Below, piece by piece: positions 50,595 to 58,701 of a DNA stretch of 64,000 bases. The first letter of the stretch is position 1. Each line of letters begins with the position of its first letter. Origin of the DNA: a virus (Duplodnaviria > Caudoviricetes); IMG/VR virus record IMGVR_UViG_3300044652_000025, positions 1-64,000 of that record, one strand, 5' to 3'. The notes beneath the pieces were generated by a model. It was not told the origin of the DNA. It worked only from the letters and a program-made list of their open reading frames with translations, and ran no database searches. Both the position numbers and the translations under genes were made by a program.

Positions 50595-53500
50595 TGACCG
50601 CCGTCCTCTGCATCCTGACCGTCTTGAACGGCCCCCACTGCCAGCGGACCTGGTACGAACGTGGCCCCTCCCAGTAGCGCTTCCAATCCTCCTCGGTCGC
50701 CGTGTTGCGGTCCGGCTCAGGGTTGGCCTCGACGGCTCGCTGTTGAGCCCGATCGAGGGGGACGGCCTTGGCCTGCTTCCAGCCGGTCATGAGCAGCGGC
50801 GTCCCCTTGGGAATGTCGATCTCCTGCTCCGAGAGGTAGCGCCAGTCGTTCGACGTGTAGAGCGTGGCCGGGCTGTTCATGTCGATCTCGGCCCGGAGGA
50901 CCGTCGGGACGTAGGGCTTGCTGGGGCTGTACTGGCTGGGTCGCCCCGGGACGTTCTGACCCTCGAACCCCGCCATGCCCCGCTCGGCGATGGCCATGGC
51001 CGTCTTCTCGCTGGTCGACCATGAATAGCCGGTCCCGCCGGTGTCGGCGTGGGCCGCCGTCGTGGGATCGGCTCCCGGCGGCAGGCTGATGCCGCGGTAG
51101 ACGATGGCGATGTGCGGCGCGTTCGGCTTGGTCTGGAGCGTCGGCCACCGGTCGAAAGTGCCCGGCGTCTTCTCCGGCACGATGCGGGCCATGTTGACGG
51201 CGATCGAGTACCACATGCCCTCGTTGTCCCGCTGGCGCCAGGCGTCGTAGAACTCACGGAGCGGCTGATCGTGGCCGTAGCCCTTAGGCTGGCCCCACTG
51301 CATGTTGGCGTCGGGCGCGGTCATGAGGATCCACCCCTGATCGCCCCCACCCTTGAGATGGAAGGTGGCGTCGGACCACGCCGGAGGCTTGCCTGCCAGA
51401 TCGCGCTTGGCGGCCTCGGTGACCTCCTGGATCGCCTCCATCGGATCCACCGTGAAGGGGAGCTTGAGGGTAGCCAGCTTGAAGCCCCCGAGACCGCCCC
51501 CGGCGCCAGGTCGGGGCTCGATGATCACCTGGAAACTGGGGTTGGCGTAGTCCCACCTCTTCTCGACGTTCCAGTCGCCCCACTCCTTGACCTTGAAAGG
51601 GGCCGCCGTCTTCGCCGTGACCTCGCTCCAGGCCCGGCCCTGGTCACTGAGCGTCTTGGAGTGGTGGAGGTCCGGCTTGACCTCCTTGGCCCGGCGGAAC
51701 AACTCGGTGGCCAGGCCCATCCTCTGGTACTCCGGCCGGACGTTGATCTGCATGATCTCGCCGTCCGGGTACCAATAGATGCGTCCGATGGCCATCTTGG
51801 ACGCCTCCCGCACCTCAGGGAGGTAGGCCGACACCGTGTTCTTCTTCACCTCGAAGTAGAGGTCGGGGATCGTCTTCCAGGCGTCGGACGCCATGGCCGT
51901 CTTCGAGGCTGCCTTGGTGTAGTCGAAGGACCGCAGGTAGTTCCCAAACTCGGCCCGGGACCCGAAGCGCCGATGGTCGTAGGGCTGGCCGTCCTCGCGG
52001 TTCACGTCGCAGTAGAAGTCCTTGAGGTCGTACTCCTGGATGAGGGTGGCGATGGCCCGGCGCTGATTCGGGGTGGGGATGATGAAGTCCTCGTCCTCCG
52101 ACAGCCGCCACTCCAGGCCCAGGTAAGGGTTCGCATACATCGATCGCCGCGGCTGGACGACGAAACGGATGCTGCCCTCCCGCCAGGCTTGGCTGTAGGC
52201 CGAGCGCCCGGATCCTGAGGCGCCGTAGTCCTCATGGGCATCGACGGCGACGATCTGGCCGTCGGTCTTGATCCAGCCCGGGACGGTGTTCTCGGGGAAA
52301 TCGACCTGGCCATCGGCCCACTCAATCCACTGACGGGCGGGCATGGTGCCGTGGAGCGCCGACGTGAAGCCCTCGGGGTGCTCGTAGGTGTAGAGCTTCC
52401 GCAGCGTCTGGTGGACCTCGGTGGCCAGGTTGTAGAACCGGTCGTCGTGGGTTGTCTCATCCTCGTAGCGGCCTGCGCCACGGAGCACATGGTCGAGGTG
52501 GTGGGCGAACTCGTGGGCGATGAGCCCTTCCAGATTCGAGTCCCGGAAGTTGAAGATCTTGATCTCCGGCACCCGGATCACCCCGCCGGTCGCCGCCTCG
52601 CAGTCGTAGTTGGCGGCCTGGCCGATGTTGCCGAACGACATGGAGATCCGCGGCTCGGGGACGTGGTAGTGGTCGGCCAGCATCTTGACCATCTGGCGGG
52701 CGTACCAGTCGGAGTCCATCTTCTCGTGCCAGGACGGCTCCTCGTAGTCCCCCCAGGTGTCGGCGAAGTTGGTGCCGTGCCACTCCCGGAGCTTGGCCCG
52801 GTCCCATGGCCCGGCCGCGGCCTTGGAGAGCCGGAGCCGTGACGGTGGGATCGGGTCGGTGGTGTACCAGGAGTAACCCTTGATCCCGACGCGGTCGCGC
52901 TCCTTCTGGGCGACGTTGTTGGCCGGGTCGGGCATGAGGGTCAACCCGTTCAGGTCGACCTGCCAGATGTCGACGGGGACGGTGGAGCGGTCGACGACCC
53001 TCTGGGCATCGGCCAGGTCATCGAAGACGTAGTTCCCCGCCGGGAGGAAGTCCTCGTAGAACCCCTTGAAACGATCAGTGCCCCGCGAGCGGTCGAGACC
53101 GTGCTGGAGGATCGAGTCGCGTAGATCGCGGCGGGTGACGTGGTAGCCGACCTGAGCGGCGGCGATCTTGGCGTTCTGGGTCTTGATGTAGGCGGGTTGC
53201 TCCAGCATCTGGACCGACTCGACGTAGCGGACCATGTTGCGGCCCTGGGACGGCGACCATGAGATCCCGTCCTGGGTGATGTACTTGCCGGTGGTCAGCC
53301 ACTTCACCAACTCGTCCCAGGACATCCCGCCCTTGAACTTGTAGTAGCCGCCGTCGCGGGCGATGACCTCGTCGGCCTGGCGCAGCACCGACTCCGGGAC
53401 GTCGAAGGTGATGAGGACCGGCCCGCCGCCGCGCTTGAGGATCTGCTCCTTCAGCCAGGGATGGAGGCCCTCGACCGTGGCCCCGAAGAAGTCCTGCTTC

Positions 53501-55509
53501 ACCCGCTCGGGATAGAGCGTGAGGTAGGCCGCCTTGAGGGCGTCGTAGAGCGGGGCGCTCCCGGCGTAGGCGTAGCCCTCGGCCCGAGCACGGTCGGCGG
53601 TGAGGTAGAGGTTCCTGGTCGTCCCTTCCTTACGACGCTGCTTGGACCAGTTCTGCTTCTTCCAGACCGACCCCCGGGGCAGCTTGAACTCGTCCTCGAT
53701 CTGGTGGCAGAGCTTGAGAGGATCGATCGGCGGCACGAAGCCGTTGCGCTTGATCTGCTCCCAGGCGTTGAGCGTCGTGCCGTGGTACATGACCAGAGAC
53801 GGCTCGTCAGGTGACTCGATGGAGACGGCCTCGACCGATGCAGCCCGCCGGTTGAGGTGCTCGGCCTCGGGGATGTCCGACATCTCCCGCGGTCCCCAGT
53901 CGGAGCGGGCGCCAACCACTCTCGACCAGGCCAGTCCCGCAGGGGTGCGGTCCGACTCGGGGGCGTGCTCGACGTGGCCGAGGTCAGCCCTGGCCCGCTC
54001 CAACATGGCGGTGGCGATCCCCTGACGCTGGTACTGCGGGTCCACCACGGCCCTGTAGATCTCCCAGCCTCCATCGATCTCCCTGAGCCGGAGGGTCCCC
54101 ACCGGCTGATCGCCGATCGAGGCGACGTAGGCAACCCCGCCCTCCCAAGGCTTGGTGGCGATGATGAGGTCGGCGCGGGCGGCCGTCAGCTTCTGGGGCT
54201 TGCGGTACTGACCCCCGAAGCCGTTCGGCCCGCTGTTGACCCGATTCCACGACGGCGGCATCGACTCGGCCAGGCCCTGGCCCTCGGGCGACATGAAGGC
54301 GCTCCAGAGCAAATAGGTGCCCTTGTTGACCTTGGCGTCGGACTGGTCTTTGGCCCACTGCGCCATGGCCTGGGCGATGCCCTGGCCCCGGAGTGAGGGG
54401 TCCACCTGGACGTGGTAGACCGACCAGCCCCACCGGCCCATGTACCACTGCCGCCAGAGGACGAGGTGGCCGATGGCCTGGCCGTCCTTCCACGCCTCGA
54501 CCACCACCTGATCGACCTGTGGGTCGAAGGGCGGGGTGGCCTTGAACGTGACCCCCGCCGGTGCCGTGAGCTTGGCCGCCGCCCGCCGGTTGAGGTGGTG
54601 CTCCTCAGGGATGTCGCTCATCCGCCGCTCGGCCTCGTCGTAGTCATGCTCGGGCAGGACGGCGTAGACATGGAGGGTGCCGTCGACATGGGGGTAGAGC
54701 AGCAGCCGGGACGGCCCTTCCAGGCGCACCCCGTAGGTCCCGGCCAGCGGGCCGGTCTTGGCTTCGAGGTTCGCCCGGCCCGCCTCGATGGCCTCGACAG
54801 CCTGGCGGACCAGCTTCTGGAGGTGGGGGTCGGCCCGCTGGAGATCCTTCAGGCCGACGCGGTCGAAGTTCACCTTCCAGGGCTGGTGCATCTCTCTGGG
54901 CGTGAGAGCGTCGTCCTTGAACTCCCAGGGGATGACGCCAGAGGACGGACCTGCCGTCCTCTGGCTGATTTCCTGCCCGTCCAGACCATGACACGGCCCG
55001 CGTCGCCAGAGCCTGACTGAACTGGCCCCGACTCGCCCAGGCTCCTCCATCATACGGCTTGCCTTTGTAAGATCGATCACATCTACTTCCATCGATCTCA
55101 TTTGGCGCAATATGCACCCTTCTAGCCGATGATGGCCGTCCCACAAAAAGAGCTTGCCGTCCGGGGTTCGGATAGCGATGGGGATGTAGCCGGGCCGGTA
55201 CCAGGCGCTGTCGCGGTCGAGGCCGTGGATCACCGCCGCGACCGATGAGCGCTTGAGGTACTGCTTGGTGGCGATGATCGACTGGGTCGGGACCATCATC
55301 CGCTTGCGGGGTAGCCGGTCGAGTTCGGCCTCGTCGAAGTCGTCCCGGATGTCGTCCTCGAAGGGGGCCGACCCTCGGATCGCGTCGTCGACCCACTCGC
55401 CGTCGACCATCATCCCGCCCATGGTCGGCTTGGACTTGAGCCGGGCCAGAGCCGCGGCCTGCTGGTCGTTTTCGGGCTGCCAGCGGTCGACCTTGGGATT
55501 GGGCGCCAT
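50587..55509 (-). CDS. Polyvalent multi-enzyme protein (1640 aa): ParB-like, RelE/ParE-like, 3x GNAT, 3x ADP-ribosyltransferase-like, HExxH metallopeptidase
   Basis: LWDGHHRL; WKVNF....KDL...GTYGVRL...RLLLY; VQVDPSLRGQGIA, VVDPQYQRQGIA, INVRPEYQRMGLA; MYHGTT..LYLT, GYHVT....SILQHGL, VYRG...SWS...EQE; IAHEFAHHLDH. Confidence 0.8.
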   Translation of the reverse strand: MAPNPKVDRWQPENDQQAAALARLKSKPTMGGMMVDGEWVDDAIRGSAPFEDDIRDDFDEAELDRLPRKRMMVPTQSIIATKQYLKRSSVAAVIHGLDRDSAWYRPGYIPIAIRTPDGKLFLWDGHHRLEGCILRQMRSMEVDVIDLTKASRMMEEPGRVGASSVRLWRRGPCHGLDGQEISQRTAGPSSGVIPWEFKDDALTPREMHQPWKVNFDRVGLKDLQRADPHLQKLVRQAVEAIEAGRANLEAKTGPLAGTYGVRLEGPSRLLLYPHVDGTLHVYAVLPEHDYDEAERRMSDIPEEHHLNRRAAAKLTAPAGVTFKATPPFDPQVDQVVVEAWKDGQAIGHLVLWRQWYMGRWGWSVYHVQVDPSLRGQGIAQAMAQWAKDQSDAKVNKGTYLLWSAFMSPEGQGLAESMPPSWNRVNSGPNGFGGQYRKPQKLTAARADLIIATKPWEGGVAYVASIGDQPVGTLRLREIDGGWEIYRAVVDPQYQRQGIATAMLERARADLGHVEHAPESDRTPAGLAWSRVVGARSDWGPREMSDIPEAEHLNRRAASVEAVSIESPDEPSLVMYHGTTLNAWEQIKRNGFVPPIDPLKLCHQIEDEFKLPRGSVWKKQNWSKQRRKEGTTRNLYLTADRARAEGYAYAGSAPLYDALKAAYLTLYPERVKQDFFGATVEGLHPWLKEQILKRGGGPVLITFDVPESVLRQADEVIARDGGYYKFKGGMSWDELVKWLTTGKYITQDGISWSPSQGRNMVRYVESVQMLEQPAYIKTQNAKIAAAQVGYHVTRRDLRDSILQHGLDRSRGTDRFKGFYEDFLPAGNYVFDDLADAQRVVDRSTVPVDIWQVDLNGLTLMPDPANNVAQKERDRVGIKGYSWYTTDPIPPSRLRLSKAAAGPWDRAKLREWHGTNFADTWGDYEEPSWHEKMDSDWYARQMVKMLADHYHVPEPRISMSFGNIGQAANYDCEAATGGVIRVPEIKIFNFRDSNLEGLIAHEFAHHLDHVLRGAGRYEDETTHDDRFYNLATEVHQTLRKLYTYEHPEGFTSALHGTMPARQWIEWADGQVDFPENTVPGWIKTDGQIVAVDAHEDYGASGSGRSAYSQAWREGSIRFVVQPRRSMYANPYLGLEWRLSEDEDFIIPTPNQRRAIATLIQEYDLKDFYCDVNREDGQPYDHRRFGSRAEFGNYLRSFDYTKAASKTAMASDAWKTIPDLYFEVKKNTVSAYLPEVREASKMAIGRIYWYPDGEIMQINVRPEYQRMGLATELFRRAKEVKPDLHHSKTLSDQGRAWSEVTAKTAAPFKVKEWGDWNVEKRWDYANPSFQVIIEPRPGAGGGLGGFKLATLKLPFTVDPMEAIQEVTEAAKRDLAGKPPAWSDATFHLKGGGDQGWILMTAPDANMQWGQPKGYGHDQPLREFYDAWRQRDNEGMWYSIAVNMARIVPEKTPGTFDRWPTLQTKPNAPHIAIVYRGISLPPGADPTTAAHADTGGTGYSWSTSEKTAMAIAERGMAGFEGQNVPGRPSQYSPSKPYVPTVLRAEIDMNSPATLYTSNDWRYLSEQEIDIPKGTPLLMTGWKQAKAVPLDRAQQRAVEANPEPDRNTATEEDWKRYWEGPRSYQVRWQWGPFKTVRMQRTAVNA

Positions 55510-55511
55510 CT

Positions 55512-55546
55512 CACTCCTTCAGAGGGGCGAGACCGCGTAGGGCAGG
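55512..55546 (-). promoter_or_regulatory. Putative late promoter CCTGC-N21-GAAGGAGTG
   Basis: Variant of the shared bipartite motif. Confidence 0.45.
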
Positions 55547-55556
55547 CCGTCCGGGA

Positions 55557-56057
55557 TTAAGGCTGGGCGGCCCCGGTTGGTCCATCCCCGGCGTGGAACG
55601 ACGACAGGCTGGATGTCCCGCTCTTGATGAACTCGTTGCAGAGGCTCTTGAGGGCCTGGGCCTGGGCCGGGGTGAGGGGGATCACGTCGGGCTGGTTGAT
55701 CTCGATGTGGTCGAACTCGGCCAGCTTGTCGTGGGCGTACTGGTTGGTGTGGCGGTGATCGTCCAAGTCGGCCAGGAGGCAGGCGATTCCGTCCTTCTGG
55801 ATACGGTCGTCGTGGGTCAGGATCCGACGGTCACTGGCCCGGACGAAGAACAGTGAAAAGATCAGGATCGTGTTGGCGATCAGCAGTCCAATCCCGACCG
55901 GATGACGGTGGGGCTGGGTCCCCGCCGCCGAGGCGCCACTGGCGGCGATCTGAGCCGATGCTTGCTCGATGACCCGGTCAATCATGTCGCTGGGCGGCAG
56001 CCCGGCCACCGGGATCACGACCTCCTTCTCGTCGTCGGGCGGGGGGATGTCGGACAT
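55557..56057 (-). CDS. Single-TM membrane protein (166 aa)
   Basis: Start re-assigned to MSDIPPPDD; one TM and a Cys pair. Confidence 0.6.
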   Translation of the reverse strand: MSDIPPPDDEKEVVIPVAGLPPSDMIDRVIEQASAQIAASGASAAGTQPHRHPVGIGLLIANTILIFSLFFVRASDRRILTHDDRIQKDGIACLLADLDDHRHTNQYAHDKLAEFDHIEINQPDVIPLTPAQAQALKSLCNEFIKSGTSSLSSFHAGDGPTGAAQP

Positions 56058-56377
56058 CAATGTCTCCCTGTGGCTTGGAGTACCTGCGTGATGATCGAGA
56101 CCAGCATGGTCAGGAAGGCCGCGATCAACATGAAGGTGAGCTTCGAGTTGGAAGATTCGAGCTTCGAGATGCGCTTCTCCTGAGCCTGGAGATTGGCGGC
56201 CACCGTCAACTCCCGCGCCTCGGTCAGCTTCTCGGTGGCGATCACTCGGTCCATGCAATTGCGCTCGACCGTCCTTACCTGCTCGACGGTGGCGATCCGT
56301 TCGTCCATCAGGTCTTCGACCCGCTGGACCCGGCGGGTGAGTTCACTGAGACTGGGGGATCCGTCGGGCGTGACCAT
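56057..56377 (-). CDS. Coiled-coil protein with C-terminal TM (106 aa)
   Basis: Start re-assigned to MVTPDGSP. Confidence 0.6.
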   Translation of the reverse strand: MVTPDGSPSLSELTRRVQRVEDLMDERIATVEQVRTVERNCMDRVIATEKLTEARELTVAANLQAQEKRISKLESSNSKLTFMLIAAFLTMLVSIITQVLQATGRH

Positions 56378-56379
56378 GG

Positions 56380-56883
56380 CTACTGCTTCGGCGGGCTGGC
56401 CGCTGCCACGGCCTTGGTGACGCAGGCGTCGAGCTTGGCCTGGGTCCGCTGATCCACCGGCAGCGGGAAGACGCAGTTGAGGTAGGTGATGAAGAAGGCC
56501 GACTGGTTGAGGACGTCCCCGCACTCGGCGGTGATCTCGGCCGCCGTCATGCCATCCGTTCGTTTCTGGAGGCAGACCTTGACGTACTGGGCGCTAGTGC
56601 TGGCGTCCTGGGACAGCTTGATGATTGTCTTGTTCTGGTCGTGGTTCGCCCGGGACTGGGCCAGCCCGAAGGCACTGACGATAGCGGCCACCAGCACCGG
56701 GCCGATGACGGCGGCCAGGATCTTGATCCGGTCCCGCTTCTGCTCGTTGGCCACGATGGAGGTGAGCCGCTCCTCCGACAGGTTGGTATCCAGCCGCTCG
56801 GTCAACCGGTCGATGCTCTCGACGACGGCGGCCAGGACGGTGGGGTCAGGCTTGCGGCGCTCCGGTCCCTGGTAGGTCATCAA
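56380..56883 (-). CDS. Single-TM membrane protein with 4 Cys (167 aa)
   Basis: YQGPERR N-terminus, TM, Cys-containing C-terminal domain; AGGAGG SD. Confidence 0.65.
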   Translation of the reverse strand: MMTYQGPERRKPDPTVLAAVVESIDRLTERLDTNLSEERLTSIVANEQKRDRIKILAAVIGPVLVAAIVSAFGLAQSRANHDQNKTIIKLSQDASTSAQYVKVCLQKRTDGMTAAEITAECGDVLNQSAFFITYLNCVFPLPVDQRTQAKLDACVTKAVAAASPPKQ

Positions 56884-57130
56884 CGCCCTCCTGTGGTGGC
56901 TCGGGCATCGCCTCGATCACTTGCTCCAACTCCTCGACGTCGCCGTAGATGTCATGGAGAGCCTCCTTCAGGCGCCGGGCCGCCGCCTGGGCCTGCGCCT
57001 TGACCGACGCCACCTCGATCGCCGTGGAAAGGGTCAGATCGACCGGGTCGATAGGTTGGCGGACCGAAGGCTTCGTAGCGGCCGACTTCTTCCGACGCAA
57101 ACGCACCTCGGCCCCTCCGTTCGTACTCAC
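56846..57130 (-). CDS. Possible coiled-coil protein overlapping 56952..57479 (94 aa)
   Basis: Helical acidic C-terminus fills the gap before 56883; AGGAG SD upstream. Confidence 0.4.
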   Translation of the reverse strand: MSTNGGAEVRLRRKKSAATKPSVRQPIDPVDLTLSTAIEVASVKAQAQAAARRLKEALHDIYGDVEELEQVIEAMPEPPQEGVDDLPGTGAPQA

Positions 57131-57479
57131 CGATGATCCACTCCTGTCTCTTCATGACATCCTCGACCCGGGCGAGCGCCGGAGCGAGCCGCTTCTCGTA
57201 GTCGCCCAGGGTGGGCAGGATCTCGGTGTGGTAGACGGCCAGGAGGGTGTCGACCAGCGCCCGGAGCCGGGCCAGTTCGGCCTCGGTGCGTTGGCGTTCG
57301 GCCTCCAGGACGCCCTGAAGGCGGATCAGTTCTTCTTCGGCCTGCTGGCGCTCGAACTCGACCGACTTGTCGGAATGAATTCTGCCCGCCAGGAACATGA
57401 TGACCCAGATCCCGGCCACCCCCGCGCCACCGATGAGGGTCTGGGTGGGGTCGAAGCTGGAGAGATCGGCGAGCACCAT
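56952..57479 (-). CDS. N-terminal TM coiled-coil protein (~175 aa)
   Basis: TM helix then heptads; start directly after the late-promoter motif. Confidence 0.6.
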   Translation of the reverse strand: MVLADLSSFDPTQTLIGGAGVAGIWVIMFLAGRIHSDKSVEFERQQAEEELIRLQGVLEAERQRTEAELARLRALVDTLLAVYHTEILPTLGDYEKRLAPALARVEDVMKRQEWIIGEYERRGRGAFASEEVGRYEAFGPPTYRPGRSDPFHGDRGGVGQGAGPGGGPAPEGGSP

Positions 57480-57515
57480 CACCCCTTCAAGGGGCGATGC
57501 CCGATGCGGCACAGG
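57480..57515 (-). promoter_or_regulatory. Putative late promoter CCTGT-N22-GAAGGGGTG
   Basis: Shared bipartite motif. Confidence 0.55.
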
Positions 57516-57530
57516 TGATTTCGGTGTGCC

Positions 57531-57794
57531 CTACGATGCCCGGCGGCGCAGCCGTTTGCGCTCCCGCTCCGACAGGCCGCCCCAGATCCCGAAGTTCTCG
57601 GGCTTGGTGAGGGCGTAGTCGAGACACTGGGGCCGCACGGAGCATTCGCGGCACAGCGCCTTGGGGATCTCCAGATCCTCGCCGCGGGTGGGATAGAACA
57701 ACTCGGTCTGGCCGAGGCAGGCGGCCTCCCGCTGCCAGACGTTGAAGCCCGCTTCGAGGTGGTGGTTGAAGCGCAGGACCTGCCCCATCACCAC
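57531..57794 (-). CDS. whiB: WhiB family Fe-S transcription factor
   Basis: WQREAAC...ELFYP...KALCRECSVRPQCLDYAL....FGIWGGLSERER. Confidence 0.95.
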   Translation of the reverse strand: MVMGQVLRFNHHLEAGFNVWQREAACLGQTELFYPTRGEDLEIPKALCRECSVRPQCLDYALTKPENFGIWGGLSERERKRLRRRAS

Positions 57795-57830
57795 TTCAAG
57801 CGGCGTCAGGGCGAGTTCGACAGGCCCCGG

Positions 57831-57968
57831 TCAGCCGCTGCGCTTCTGGTTCTTGTTGTTGCCGTAGATCCGTTGCGGCGCGGCCCGGGACCGGCGCTTG
57901 GCCTCGTTGTGGTACTGGCGCTTCTCCTCCGGGGTCATCTCGGAGTACTTCTTGCCCATCGCCATCAT
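57831..57968 (-). CDS. 45-aa basic protein (not in ORF track)
   Basis: MMAMGKKYSEMTPEEKRQYHNEAKRRSRAAPQRIYGNNKNQKRSG. Confidence 0.45.
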   Translation of the reverse strand: MMAMGKKYSEMTPEEKRQYHNEAKRRSRAAPQRIYGNNKNQKRSG

Positions 57969-57993
57969 CCCCTCGTCCTGACTTCAAACAAGC

Positions 57994-58701
57994 TTATCGG
58001 GCAAAGATGAGGAGCACCTCCGCCTCGGCCCGGGACTCGTGGTTGGCACCGCGCCTCATCCTGGGGGTGACGATCTCGTGGCGGGCGATGAGCGTGAAGC
58101 CGATCGACTCGCAGATCGATCGATGGGTCTCGACGACGGGCTCTCTCCGGCGCTGACCGCGGTGGGTCCGGTAGCAGTCGCTGACGTTGAGGACGAACGT
58201 CCCCGACCGGGTGAGGGGATCGTAGGGCCGCAGTACCCGATAGACCTCCTGCCAGGCGGCGTCGTGGAAGCGCCAGTAGGCGGGCTGCCAGCAGTAGAGG
58301 GTGCCGCTGTTGGCGGGATCCAGGAGCCGGGTCTCGTCGCCGGTCATCCGCCGGAGGTCGTGGGTGTAGCTCCGGCGGTGGGAGCCGTCCTTGGCCATGT
58401 GGGAGTCGGACATCCTGTTGCCGAACACCGGGCTCACCATGACCGCGTCGATGCTCTCGTCCTCGAAGGGGAGGGCCAGGGCGTTGCCCACCCGGGTGTG
58501 GGGGTGACAGGCCGCCCACTCCGGCTCGATCTCGATACCGATGGTCTCCCGCCCGGCCTGGGCCAGGTCATGGACGCGTCCGATGCCCGCCATGGGGTCG
58601 AGGACGACGCCGGTGTCGGGGAGGATCTGGTGGTTCGCGATGAAGCGGAGGATGGCCTGGCTGTACGGCGCCGGGTGGATGGGCTTGGTGGCGGTCGTCA
58701 T
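57994..58701 (-). CDS. DNA methyltransferase (N4-C/N6-A type)
   Basis: HPAPY, VVLDPMAGIG (motif I), GIEIEP, VMVSPVFGN (SPPY-like), EVYRVLRP. Confidence 0.8.
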   Translation of the reverse strand: MTTATKPIHPAPYSQAILRFIANHQILPDTGVVLDPMAGIGRVHDLAQAGRETIGIEIEPEWAACHPHTRVGNALALPFEDESIDAVMVSPVFGNRMSDSHMAKDGSHRRSYTHDLRRMTGDETRLLDPANSGTLYCWQPAYWRFHDAAWQEVYRVLRPYDPLTRSGTFVLNVSDCYRTHRGQRRREPVVETHRSICESIGFTLIARHEIVTPRMRRGANHESRAEAEVLLIFAR

